Positions 8,312 through 18,031 of a stretch of DNA of 64,000 nucleotides are shown piece by piece. The notes beneath the pieces are model-generated. The model had not been told where the DNA came from. It worked only from the letters and a program-made list of their open reading frames with translations, and searched no databases. The stretch lies in the NCBI GenBank assembly GCA_964352735.1, contig CAYGTC010000007.1, positions 22,379-86,378 of the forward strand, given 5' to 3'. The translations under genes and the position numbers were made by a program. This DNA is from an uncultured Alcanivoracaceae bacterium (GTDB lineage: Bacteria > Pseudomonadota > Gammaproteobacteria > Xanthomonadales > Marinicellaceae). Positions within the stretch are counted from its first letter, which is position 1. The number at the start of each line of letters is the position of its first letter.

Positions 8312-10549
8312 ATGTCGAAAATTCTTAATTTTGAAATCATGCCCATGGGCGAATACGCTGAAAAGGCTTATTTGGATTATTCCATGTATGTTGTTTTGGA
8401 CCGCGCCTTACCTTTTGTAGGTGATGGACTTAAGCCAGTACAAAGACGCATCGTTTATGCGATGAGCGAACTGGGCTTATCCGCCAAATCAAAACACAAG
8501 AAATCTGCACGCACCATTGGAGATGTGATTGGTAAATATCATCCACATGGAGATTCTGCCAGTTATGAAGCCATGGTATTGATGGCGCAGCCTTTTTCTT
8601 ATCGTTATCCTTTGGTAGATGGTCAAGGTAACTTCGGTTCACCAGATGACCCTAAGTCATTTGCAGCCATGCGTTACACCGAATCGAGACTGACGCCCTA
8701 TTCTAAAAGCCTGTTACAGGAAGTCCCTTTGGGCACCATTGATTGGCAACCCAATTTTGATGGTACTTTACAAGAACCCGTTTTTTTACCTGCGCGCTTA
8801 CCGAATATTTTACTCAATGGCGGTTCAGGTATCGCCGTCGGTATGGCCACAGATATACCTCCACATAATTTACGTGAGGTTTCAGCTGCATTGTTTCATT
8901 TATTAGATCATCCCGATGCCAGCATAGAAGACTTGTGTCAGCATATACAAGGCCCTGATTATCCAACATATGCCGAAATCATTACACCCAGAAAAGACAT
9001 TATTGACATTTATACTTCTGGCAAAGGCAGCATTAGAATGCGCTGCGTACATGAACGAGAGGATAAAAACATTGTCATTACAGCGCTGCCACACCAAGCC
9101 AGTCCTGCAAAAATATTAGAACAAATTGCCACGCAGATGCGCACCAAAAAATTACCGATGGTTGAAGATTTAAGGGACGAATCAGATCATGAAAATCCTT
9201 TTAGGCTGGTGATCATAACACGCTCTAATCGCATTGACTATGATGGACTAATGAGTCATTTGTATGCAACAACCGACTTGGAAAAGTCTTTTAGAGTCAA
9301 TTTAAATTTAATAGGCTTGGATAAGCGACCTCAAGTTAAAAATCTCAAGCTCATTTTACAAGAGTGGCTAAGCTTTAGAACTGAAACCGTAAGGCGCAGA
9401 TTGCAATATAGATTAGATAAGGTTGATGCCCGTTTGCATATTTTGCAAGGCTTGTTGATTGCTTATCTTGATTTAGATGAAGTGATAAGAATCATACGCG
9501 AAGAAGAACATCCTAAAGAAACCTTAATTGCCACTTTTAAATTATCTGAAATTCAAGCCGAAGCCATTTTAGAAACAAAGCTTCGTAACCTTGCTCGCCT
9601 CGAAGAAATGAAAATCAAAACTGAGCAAATGGAATTGATGGCAGAAAAAGATGAAATCACCGGCATATTGATGTCACGTGCCAAGTTAAAAAAACTGATC
9701 AAAACTGAAATCATGGAAGACACTGAACTGTATGGTGATGCCAGAAGAAGTATGATTGTAGATCGTGCAGCGGCTAAAGTATTTGATGAAACCAGTCTAG
9801 TACCCAATGAGCCAAACACCATCATCATGTCAAAAGCCGGTTGGGTTCGCGCAGCAAAAGGCCATGATATTGACACCCAAAAATTAAGCTTTAAATCCGG
9901 TGATGAATATGCCCACCATGCGAGAGGACGCAGCAATCTTAATGCAGTATTCTTGACCAATAACGGTCGCAGCTTCTCTCTACTTTCGCACACCCTACCC
10001 TCCGCAAGAGGGCAAGGTGAAGCGTTAACCACGAAGTTTAAATTACCTGAGGACAGTCAATTTGTCGCGACAGTCTGCGAACAAGCCGATACCATTTTAC
10101 TAATGGCAAGCTCTGCTGGTTATGGGTTCATTACAGAAACTGAAAACCTTTATTCCAAAGTTAAAGCAGGCAAACAATGTATTTCTGTACCCAAAGGTTT
10201 TACCACCATACCACCCAAAGTTATCAACAATATAGATGAGGACTTTATCATTTGTGTAACCAGTGCCGGATATCTTTTGGCCTTTCCCGTGCGAGAATTA
10301 CCTCATTTAACCAAAGGTAAAGGCAATAAAATGATCAACATACCACCAAAGTTGCTCAAAGCTGGCGATGAAAAAATGATTGATATGATTGTGGTCAGTG
10401 AAAACCAATCCTTTTTAGTGTGGGCAGGTGCCAGATACATCAGAATAAAATGGAAAGATCTACAAAACTTTTTGGGATATCGTGCCAAACGTGGTAGCCT
10501 ATTACCTAAAGGGTTTAGAAATGTTGATCGACTGGAAAAAGAAACTTAA
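8312..10549 (+). CDS. parC: DNA topoisomerase IV subunit A
   Basis: 745 aa, near colinear with E. coli ParC as I recall it ([32 protein letters not shown]..., [10 protein letters not shown] catalytic Tyr region). It is shorter than GyrA. Confidence 0.93.
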   Translation: MSKILNFEIMPMGEYAEKAYLDYSMYVVLDRALPFVGDGLKPVQRRIVYAMSELGLSAKSKHKKSARTIGDVIGKYHPHGDSASYEAMVLMAQPFSYRYPLVDGQGNFGSPDDPKSFAAMRYTESRLTPYSKSLLQEVPLGTIDWQPNFDGTLQEPVFLPARLPNILLNGGSGIAVGMATDIPPHNLREVSAALFHLLDHPDASIEDLCQHIQGPDYPTYAEIITPRKDIIDIYTSGKGSIRMRCVHEREDKNIVITALPHQASPAKILEQIATQMRTKKLPMVEDLRDESDHENPFRLVIITRSNRIDYDGLMSHLYATTDLEKSFRVNLNLIGLDKRPQVKNLKLILQEWLSFRTETVRRRLQYRLDKVDARLHILQGLLIAYLDLDEVIRIIREEEHPKETLIATFKLSEIQAEAILETKLRNLARLEEMKIKTEQMELMAEKDEITGILMSRAKLKKLIKTEIMEDTELYGDARRSMIVDRAAAKVFDETSLVPNEPNTIIMSKAGWVRAAKGHDIDTQKLSFKSGDEYAHHARGRSNLNAVFLTNNGRSFSLLSHTLPSARGQGEALTTKFKLPEDSQFVATVCEQADTILLMASSAGYGFITETENLYSKVKAGKQCISVPKGFTTIPPKVINNIDEDFIICVTSAGYLLAFPVRELPHLTKGKGNKMINIPPKLLKAGDEKMIDMIVVSENQSFLVWAGARYIRIKWKDLQNFLGYRAKRGSLLPKGFRNVDRLEKET

Positions 10550-11363
10550 GTTCATATTGATACCGATATCAGGTCAATGTCTGGCATTGCCTGATATCCC
10601 CAGCCTACAAAATTGTCCTGACAACATTTTTCATGCCAGTTTTCAAAATGATTCCCAACCCAGCAATGGTGCTGGTGGCGCAACAGGCAGCTTGACCAGG
10701 ATCATCAATTTTCCTGGAGGATCCAGTCTCTATTTTTTATACGTGCCTTCAACTTATGATCCTACAATACCCATCCCATTATTGATCACCTATCATGGTA
10801 CAGCAGGTGCTGGCAATGCCAGCCAACAAGCACAAGCGATCAGAAATTTTTGGCTACAAACCGCAGAGGACAATAACTTTATTGTATTGGCACAAACCGG
10901 CAGCAGTGCCAATGGCTCATGGACTGTTGGACTGGACTTTCCATTGATTAGGGATGAAATTCTGGATGAAGTTTTTGCCTTTTATAATATTGAGACAACA
11001 AGGACTTATGGTCATGGATTTTCAGCAGGCGGCCATGTCATGCACACCATGATGCTGTTTTATAATAACAATCGATTTGCCGCCTACACAGTCAGTGCTG
11101 GTGCTTTAGAACGAGATGCGATTCAGGAAGACCCCAATGTCCCAGCCAACAACAGTGTTGTACCCGTTTATATTTCGCACGGGCAGTTTGACAATATTGT
11201 GCCCATATCATTGGCCAATGACGATTATGCAAAATTTATACAAGCAGGTTGGCAAGACGGCAGAACGATATGGATAGATACTTTTAATGGAGGTCATACC
11301 ATTGAAGCAACTTTTCCTCAAAAAAGTTGGGATCAATTGTGTCGATTTACCACAGTTGACTAA
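10521..11363 (+). CDS. alpha/beta-fold esterase, PHB-depolymerase/LpqC-like family
   Basis: [27 protein letters not shown] followed by [10 protein letters not shown], with nucleophile elbow GHGFSAGG. The start is taken at ATG 10521. ATG 10482 would extend the overlap with parC further. Confidence 0.6.
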   Translation: MLIDWKKKLKFILIPISGQCLALPDIPSLQNCPDNIFHASFQNDSQPSNGAGGATGSLTRIINFPGGSSLYFLYVPSTYDPTIPIPLLITYHGTAGAGNASQQAQAIRNFWLQTAEDNNFIVLAQTGSSANGSWTVGLDFPLIRDEILDEVFAFYNIETTRTYGHGFSAGGHVMHTMMLFYNNNRFAAYTVSAGALERDAIQEDPNVPANNSVVPVYISHGQFDNIVPISLANDDYAKFIQAGWQDGRTIWIDTFNGGHTIEATFPQKSWDQLCRFTTVD

Positions 11364-11387
11364 AAGACTCAGTAAGTCGATTGAAGA

Positions 11388-11420
11388 CAAAAAAACCTGA
11401 AAAATATTCAGGCTTTTTTA
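11388..11420. terminator. bidirectional terminator between convergent esterase and LTD genes
   Basis: Stem CCTGAA (11396-11401) pairs with TTCAGG (11407-11412). An A-run lies upstream and a T-run downstream. Confidence 0.7.
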
Positions 11421-11435
11421 TTAGGATTATGGTGT

Positions 11436-12059
11436 TTATTCAACAGAAAAATTCATCAATTCCACTGGCAATAAACCCAGCGTTTTGACACCCAAATCAT
11501 CAAACGTGTCTTGTGGGAATGAAGACCATTCAATTGAAGGATCATAGGGATCATTGACATTGGTATCGCCGCCACAGGTTAATGCATTTCTTCTCAACGT
11601 TTCATTTTGCGTGCCTACACCACCAGCATTCCACTCTGAGCCTGGGTCACCCAGTAGATCTCCTATACTGTCTATTGTAAGCGCACCATTGCGCAATTCA
11701 ATGGTATCATCTCCATTAAAAGTCATGACAGTTGACGAGGTTAGCTGATCTGCCAAAGCAAGGAGAGAGGCATTTGCTGAATTGTTGGCAACAACAAATA
11801 CATCGTTATCTGCTATCGAGCCACTGAGTGAAAGAGAAGACGCACCACCAGTACCGCCATTAGTGTTTCTGATCAATGTGTAACTGGTCAAATCAACAAG
11901 TGCACCTGTTCCATTGTAAATTTCTATGGCTTTATTGTTACCACTGCCCTCAACATACTCAGAAATGATTAAATCCTCCTGTAAAAGAGGACACCCACCT
12001 GCTGCGACAGTAAATGATGAGATCAATGCAAAACCAGTAACCAATATTTTGTGTGTCAT
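11436..12059 (-). CDS. secreted lamin-tail-domain (LTD) protein, paralogue 1
   Basis: 207 aa with a signal peptide (LVTGFALISSFTVAA). The LTD signature matches the N-terminus of ExeM/NucH-type extracellular nucleases (LIISEYVEGSGNNKAIEIYNGTGALVDLTSY...DVFVVAN...FNGDDTIEL...DSIGDLLGDPGSEW...NETLRR). It ends in LPVELMNFSVE. Confidence 0.75.
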   Translation of the reverse strand: MTHKILVTGFALISSFTVAAGGCPLLQEDLIISEYVEGSGNNKAIEIYNGTGALVDLTSYTLIRNTNGGTGGASSLSLSGSIADNDVFVVANNSANASLLALADQLTSSTVMTFNGDDTIELRNGALTIDSIGDLLGDPGSEWNAGGVGTQNETLRRNALTCGGDTNVNDPYDPSIEWSSFPQDTFDDLGVKTLGLLPVELMNFSVE

Positions 12060-12175
12060 AGAAGTATTTCCTTTAAGTTAAGCCTCATGGATATTATCAA
12101 AATAGTAAGCTTTTCACAATATGTGCTTTGAAACAAGCTTGGAAAACACCATAGGAAAGCCATTGAATACAGGCA

Positions 12176-12210
12176 ATAAAAAACCTGAGAAAATCTCAGG
12201 CTTTTATTTT
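12176..12210 (-). terminator. rho-independent terminator of LTD paralogue 2
   Basis: Stem CCTGAGA (12184-12190) pairs with TCTCAGG (12194-12200), and a T-run follows on the minus strand. It is sequence-related to the hairpin at 11388-11420. Confidence 0.7.
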
Positions 12211-12233
12211 AAAAGTGAATTGACAGAAAATAA

Positions 12234-12887
12234 TTATTCAACAGAAAAATTTTCTAACTCAACGGGCAATTCTGTACCACCAGCACCACCATCAGCACCA
12301 GGTGTAGCAACCATTGTCGCATTAGCATTGCTACCGGAAATTATAGTCGTTTCCCAAAAACCTGTTGGAGAAGGGTCATTTGGTTTTGGAGATGGCGCAT
12401 TTATTCCAGTAGGAGTTGTTACTCCCCAAGAACCATCATTCGGTAATTGACTGGCTACTCTATGCGCCACTACATTTGAAGCAAAAGTATCAGTACCACC
12501 AATGCGATCAACTCCAAAACTATCAACAACAGATGTACCATTAAAAAGGTCATATTTGTCATTGCCATTATGGTTAATCGAGGTACTGACTTGATCCACA
12601 GTGCCAGCGCCGAATAACGTGTTAACATCTGTCGGACCAACCACATAAAAACCACCAGCAGGTATGACTCCGGTCAAAGTCACGGTTGTCGGAGTCGTTC
12701 CCCCATTACTGTAACGACGCAATTGCCACCCATCAACACTAAAATCAACAGCAGCACCACTGTTATGTAATTCAACAAACTTTGCAATACCGCCATTGGA
12801 CTCAAAAACTTCAGATATAAGTACATCCGCAGACACCGACGCCGACAATAAAACCGACAAACTGGCCAAAATTATTTTTTTATTCAT
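12234..12887 (-). CDS. secreted lamin-tail-domain (LTD) protein, paralogue 2
   Basis: 217 aa with signal peptide (ASLSVLLSASVSA/DV) and a divergent LTD (VLISEVFESNGGIAKFVELHNSGAAVDFSVDGWQL...GFYVV...NGNDKYDLF...DSFG). It ends in LPVELENFSVE. Confidence 0.7.
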   Translation of the reverse strand: MNKKIILASLSVLLSASVSADVLISEVFESNGGIAKFVELHNSGAAVDFSVDGWQLRRYSNGGTTPTTVTLTGVIPAGGFYVVGPTDVNTLFGAGTVDQVSTSINHNGNDKYDLFNGTSVVDSFGVDRIGGTDTFASNVVAHRVASQLPNDGSWGVTTPTGINAPSPKPNDPSPTGFWETTIISGSNANATMVATPGADGGAGGTELPVELENFSVE

Positions 12888-13228
12888 TTCTCAAAATACT
12901 CCACAATTTTTATACGGAAAATAAGTTGTTCAATTTTCCTATTACTCAGTCTTACACTTACCATGAAGACACTAATTAACATCTCATTATAAAACATACG
13001 ATCATCAAGTCAAGTGATTCAATGTTGCCAACATCATCCAATGAACTCTTTGGCTCCACTGGGCAATTTGCAACATAAATGTAACACCATTATTGATTTA
13101 CCTAGGGACAAAATTTTATGACATTGTGATATTTCGTTAAATTATTCAACAAACTAATTTAACAATGTTAAAATAATGTAGTGTAATCCTATGAGTTAAT
13201 AATTGAGTCATCAAAATAAACCAAAAAT

Positions 13229-16200
13229 ATGAATAAAAAATTCATCACTTTATGCATTATAAGATTCAAGCCTATCGTTTTAATTTTACTGTTTTACTGC
13301 CTCACAGCACATGCATGGTGGGACAGTGACTGGAATCATCGTGTCAACATAACAGTTGACAACACATCAGCCACCGCTGTAACCAGCTACGAAGTTAAAC
13401 TCACCATTGATGCCAGCAATGCGCCAAACTTCGATTGGAGCAACAACGGAAATGATATTCGCTTTATTGACAGCGATGACATGACAATGTTAGCTCACTT
13501 TATTGAGTCATACGATGGCATTGCAGAAATCGCCACAGTTTGGGTGAACGTACCTAATATAGCTGCAATGGACTCTGCCAATTTATTTTTTTATTATGAC
13601 AACAGCACAGCTACTAATACGACTGATGCCAGTGCAACATTCTCCCAAAGCGGCCTCAAATATCATACACGCAACAGCACATTAGACCCAGACAGTTTGG
13701 CCACAGCTCAGTCTACTTTTGATGGCATAGCCGATGGCACAACAGGATTTGGTTGCAGCAATGTCACTGCATTTACCTCTTTAGAAAACAGCGAACTTTA
13801 TGGCAGCAATAACGCCATGGCTTTGACCTCTGAGGTATTCTTTAACATGCCATCTGGCGGCACATTACAACTCAGATTAGGAGGCGATTTTGGTGATGGA
13901 GGTGGATTATATGTAGACAATACCGTTATAGAAGAGTTATGGGGACCTGTTGGCACAGGTGATGACATGTGGTGGGCCAACACTTGGGCCAGCTTTACAA
14001 CTTCACAAGAAATACTTTATGGATCAATTGTTCTATCTGCGGGTTACCATGTCCTCAGACACATTGGTTTTGAGCAATGTTGTGATGGTGATGCTACATT
14101 GGAATACCGCATCGGCACCACTGGCTCATGGCTGGCGTTCAATACCAGCAATTTATCATTGGTCAGCCCTCAATGCCCTGTTAGCACTGCTGCAAGTTTT
14201 GCCGCCGAAGAAACATTCGATGCAATCATCGGCTATGTTTCATCACAATTTCACGATCAACATGTGCTGATAGAATGGCAATCGAACTCTGAAAGTTTTA
14301 ATGTGGGATTTAATATATGGATACAAGATCACACCGGCAAATGGCTTAAATCTAACGCAGAACTGATCCCATCAGAAAAAATTAACAGCCTCACACCTTT
14401 ACAATACCATTACCGTGTTGACAATATGTCTATTGAACATTTTCAAATCAGTTCAATCAATATCCATGGAAAAGAGGAATTTTATCGCACTTATGAAGTA
14501 AAAAAATCATATGGAAGGAAAACCACAACACAATCCATTGATTGGTCGATAGTCAATCAACAAAATAACACTAAGATTAAGCAAAGAAATCTGCTCAAAA
14601 ATTCACAGCTCACCCAGATCGATCAACAGGATCTTGTCGCCAATATTAAAACCAGCAAAACCGGCATAACTAGGGTTTATTTTGACCAGTTGATGGCCGC
14701 TGGCTTGGATATCACTCAGTTTGATGACAATAATTTAGCCGTTAGCTTTAAAGGTCGTGCAATCGCGCGTAATGTACATATTGATCATAATTCTGAAAAC
14801 AGTTACGTGGAATTCTTCGCCCAAACTCTGAATAATATTGATGCCTTATACCTCTCACAAGCCATTTACCAAATTTCAAATCAGCCAGATTTAGTAAAAC
14901 ACAGCAAAAACAACCGAATTCATAGACCTCTCACATTAACACAATCATATAACACAACAGATACCCGAGATAATAATGTTGTGTATAATTTTGCCAGCAG
15001 CAGCTCAGATCCTTGGTTTGAAAAATTATTAGCCAATTTTGGAAATGGGGCCACTCATCGCATTGAATTGACAAAACCAATTGATTTAGCGCTAAATGAT
15101 AACATCAACATAACGTTAAAAATGATGGGATTAACAGATTATCCTGGTAATGCTGCGATTAATCCAGACCATCACCTTAAAGTCATTCTCAATAATAACA
15201 CAGTCATATTTGATGGATTTGAAGATGGCATAGTTGATTGGCACATCAGCATACCTCTTACCAGCCAACAATTAGAGGATGGCGTCAATACATTAGATTT
15301 AACCTTGGTCAGTGATACTGGTTTTAGTGCTGATATGGTTTATTTTGACAAACTTGAGATCGATTATACAAAACCTCTGGCTAAAAATAATCAGCCGCTA
15401 TTATTCTCTACAGACCAAAAAAATACAGAATTTGAATTATCAGGCTTCATAGACAAAAATTTTATCGCCTATGCGCACAGCGCTTCAGGAGATTTGTTTG
15501 AACTGTACATTGATGACGAACCCTCAAATATCGATCGAATATTTATGGATCAATTTGAAATTCAGCTCACTCAACACCATTATGTTGATGCAATCAATGC
15601 CACTGGCAGTCACCAGTATTGGTTTTCTGATGCCGATACAGCACTAGCGGTTGATGAAATTCATATCACCAGCAAAGAAAAAATAACATTAGATAATAGC
15701 CATTACTTAATCATATCTGACACCAATTTTATCAATCACGATCTTGAACGCTTTAAAAATGCGAAGCAACAACAAGGACTTAAAACGTCCATTATCAGTT
15801 GGCAAGATATCATTGAAAAAAACGGAAATGGCTACGCTACCCCAGAAACTTTGACACGCTTTTTGAGTTCAACTTACCAGCATTTTCGCTTTACACATGT
15901 CTTGTTGGTTGGTGCTCAAACATATGATTACAATAATTACCTCGGGTTAAACACCGTCAATTTTATTCCAACGCATTATATGAAAACCAATGGGAACTTC
16001 CATTACACGCCGACTGATTTTCCATATACGGACATCAATAAGGATGGCTATCCAAATTTTGCACTGGGTCGCTGGCCAGTAAGAACAACACAAGAACTGA
16101 ACACCATTGTCAACAAAACCCTCACATGGCAACAACAACACCCATCAAATACCATCAATTCATTATTAATTGCTGAACAACAAGATCAAAACCTCATCAA

Positions 16201-16753
16201 TTTTGCCGAACAAGCTGACAGTGTTGCAAATACTTTACAGCTTGACGCTGATTTAACCCAAAAAGTATATGTGGATGATTACCTCGCTTCTTCCTCGGAT
16301 GATCCGATTGCTGAGGCAAAAAACGACTTAATCAACCACATCAATGGTGGCGTTGACTTGGTTATATTTGATGGCCATGGTAGCCCCACCACCTGGGCAT
16401 ATCAAAACTTATTCAATACACAGGATGTTGTGCAATTAACTAACATAAATCATCCATTTTTATTATCTCCATTGAGTTGTTATACCACATATTATGAAAA
16501 CCCCAGCACCAATACTTTAGCCCATCAAATGTTATTTTCAGGACAGAATGCTGCAGTAGCCATTCATGGCGCCATGGTATTAAGCCAATACTTATCCAAT
16601 CAAAACATGGCCACAACCACTTTGAAAGATATGATTGAGCGACAAAGCACCTTGGGAGAAGCCATAATGCGTGCTAAAATTGACTTATATCATGCCATTG
16701 ACGATAATATCCTCAACTGGAGTCTACTTGGTGATCCTGCAATTACGCTGTAA
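13229..16753 (+). CDS. large secreted multidomain protein: DUF2341 + PA14-like + beta-sandwich + C-terminal peptidase C25 (gingipain/PorU-like) domain
   Basis: 1174 aa with a signal peptide ending AHA. DUF2341 signature WWDSDWNHRVNITVDN...IRFID...VWVNVP...FFYYDN. PA14-like block LQLRLGGDFGDGGGLYVDNTVIEELWG. The C25 block runs from YLIISDTNF (about 15704) to LLGDPAITL, with GHG (His codon 16376-16378) and LSC (Cys codon 16478-16480). Confidence 0.75.
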   Translation: MNKKFITLCIIRFKPIVLILLFYCLTAHAWWDSDWNHRVNITVDNTSATAVTSYEVKLTIDASNAPNFDWSNNGNDIRFIDSDDMTMLAHFIESYDGIAEIATVWVNVPNIAAMDSANLFFYYDNSTATNTTDASATFSQSGLKYHTRNSTLDPDSLATAQSTFDGIADGTTGFGCSNVTAFTSLENSELYGSNNAMALTSEVFFNMPSGGTLQLRLGGDFGDGGGLYVDNTVIEELWGPVGTGDDMWWANTWASFTTSQEILYGSIVLSAGYHVLRHIGFEQCCDGDATLEYRIGTTGSWLAFNTSNLSLVSPQCPVSTAASFAAEETFDAIIGYVSSQFHDQHVLIEWQSNSESFNVGFNIWIQDHTGKWLKSNAELIPSEKINSLTPLQYHYRVDNMSIEHFQISSINIHGKEEFYRTYEVKKSYGRKTTTQSIDWSIVNQQNNTKIKQRNLLKNSQLTQIDQQDLVANIKTSKTGITRVYFDQLMAAGLDITQFDDNNLAVSFKGRAIARNVHIDHNSENSYVEFFAQTLNNIDALYLSQAIYQISNQPDLVKHSKNNRIHRPLTLTQSYNTTDTRDNNVVYNFASSSSDPWFEKLLANFGNGATHRIELTKPIDLALNDNINITLKMMGLTDYPGNAAINPDHHLKVILNNNTVIFDGFEDGIVDWHISIPLTSQQLEDGVNTLDLTLVSDTGFSADMVYFDKLEIDYTKPLAKNNQPLLFSTDQKNTEFELSGFIDKNFIAYAHSASGDLFELYIDDEPSNIDRIFMDQFEIQLTQHHYVDAINATGSHQYWFSDADTALAVDEIHITSKEKITLDNSHYLIISDTNFINHDLERFKNAKQQQGLKTSIISWQDIIEKNGNGYATPETLTRFLSSTYQHFRFTHVLLVGAQTYDYNNYLGLNTVNFIPTHYMKTNGNFHYTPTDFPYTDINKDGYPNFALGRWPVRTTQELNTIVNKTLTWQQQHPSNTINSLLIAEQQDQNLINFAEQADSVANTLQLDADLTQKVYVDDYLASSSDDPIAEAKNDLINHINGGVDLVIFDGHGSPTTWAYQNLFNTQDVVQLTNINHPFLLSPLSCYTTYYENPSTNTLAHQMLFSGQNAAVAIHGAMVLSQYLSNQNMATTTLKDMIERQSTLGEAIMRAKIDLYHAIDDNILNWSLLGDPAITL

Positions 16754-16790
16754 AGTATACGACTTCATCATTCTGATATGAGGCATAACA

Positions 16791-17780
16791 ATGAAAACCA
16801 TTTTATTTTTACTGACACTAATGAGCAATACAATCATGGCAAAAGAACACCAACTGGCCATTGTCATCCACGGTGGTGCGGGCACAATCCTCAAAAAAAA
16901 TCTCAGTGATGAAAAGGAAAAAGCCATCAAATTAAAACTCCAAGAAGCCCTTGATGCTGGTTATAAACTGTTGACTGAAGGAAAATCATCAACAGATGCT
17001 GTGGTTGCTGCCATTAATGTTTTAGAAGACTCTGCGTATTTCAATGCTGGCAAAGGTGCAGTTTATACCACCGAAGGCAAACATGAATTGGATGCATCAA
17101 TCATGCGTGGCAATGACCTTCAGGCTGGGGCAGTAGCAGGCGTGAGTAATGTTAAAAACCCAATCAATGCTGCAAAAGCGGTTATGTTGAATTCGCCACA
17201 CGTCATGCTTTCCAATAATGGTGCTGATCAGTTTGCCAGTTCTCAAGGACTGGAAACTGTTGAGAATAGCTATTTTGACTCAGAATACCGTTATCAACAA
17301 TGGCAATCAGTATTAAAGAAGGACAGCATTTCCCTATCTGAAGATTTACTGAAATCCGATCACAAATTTGGCACTGTTGGGGCCGTAGCTATTGATAAGA
17401 ATGGCATCATCACTGCTGGCACATCAACAGGTGGCATGACCAATAAAGCCTTTGGTAGAATTGGAGACTCTCCAGTCATTGGCGCAGGCACTTACGCCGA
17501 TGACCGCAGCTGTGGCATTTCAGCAACTGGACATGGTGAATACTTCATCCGATATGCTGTGGCTCATGACATATGTGCCAGATCATTATACAAAGAAATT
17601 TCGCTGGCTGAGTCTGCTGATCAAGTCATTAAACATGATTTAAAAAATGCAGGAGGCAGCGGTGGTATAGTCGGCTTAGACAACAAAGGCAATGTTGTGA
17701 TGAGCTTCAATACTGCAGGCATGTACCGAGGGTATAAAACAGCAACCTCAACTGTCCAAGTATTCATCTATAAAGACTGA
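16791..17780 (+). CDS. iaaA: periplasmic isoaspartyl peptidase / L-asparaginase (Ntn hydrolase)
   Basis: 329 aa with a signal peptide, IVIHGGAGT, the autoprocessing site HKFGTVGAVA, and the GHGEYFIR and GGSGGIVGLD motifs. Confidence 0.85.
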   Translation: MKTILFLLTLMSNTIMAKEHQLAIVIHGGAGTILKKNLSDEKEKAIKLKLQEALDAGYKLLTEGKSSTDAVVAAINVLEDSAYFNAGKGAVYTTEGKHELDASIMRGNDLQAGAVAGVSNVKNPINAAKAVMLNSPHVMLSNNGADQFASSQGLETVENSYFDSEYRYQQWQSVLKKDSISLSEDLLKSDHKFGTVGAVAIDKNGIITAGTSTGGMTNKAFGRIGDSPVIGAGTYADDRSCGISATGHGEYFIRYAVAHDICARSLYKEISLAESADQVIKHDLKNAGGSGGIVGLDNKGNVVMSFNTAGMYRGYKTATSTVQVFIYKD

Positions 17781-17794
17781 TTCATTTCAATCGT

Positions 17795-17855
17795 TAACGC
17801 TGATTGAAAACCAGCAAAACTTTTTTACAAGATTCATGACTTATGCAGAGGTCTC
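17795..17855. repeat. solo half copy of the palindromic element at 379-537
   Basis: TAACGC...CTTTTTTACAAGATTCATGACTTATGCAGAGGTCTC aligns with 477-537. The lengths are equal (61 nt), and the last 40 nt differ at only 3 positions. Confidence 0.75.
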
Positions 17856-18031
17856 AGAATTACAATAAAGATATTTTTTAACTGAATTCATCATAATTAT
17901 TAATTGCTTGTAATAATTACTCACCACATTGGGTCATGCAATCGAATGAATTGTGAAAATGATGTATTTCACATTTATTACACAATTGTTCATTACAATT
18001 TGTCTAATCACCCTTTGGTACTTTAAACTTC

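Noticed and set aside
8005-8346. 113-aa minus-strand ORF in the surE-parC divergent promoter region
   Set aside because: The composition is very AT-rich and Ile/Lys/Asn-biased. It overlaps the parC start and has no SD or motif, so it is probably non-coding promoter DNA.
9553-10032. 159-aa ORF antisense to parC, along with similar antisense or nested ORFs (for example 19073-19468, 20144-20443 and 30691-31074)
   Set aside because: All are nested within strongly supported genes on the opposite strand and have no motifs or start-site signals.
12121-12450. 109-aa plus-strand ORF
   Set aside because: It runs through the terminator hairpin and then antisense to LTD paralogue 2. The minus-strand gene has a signal peptide, a domain signature and a paralogue.
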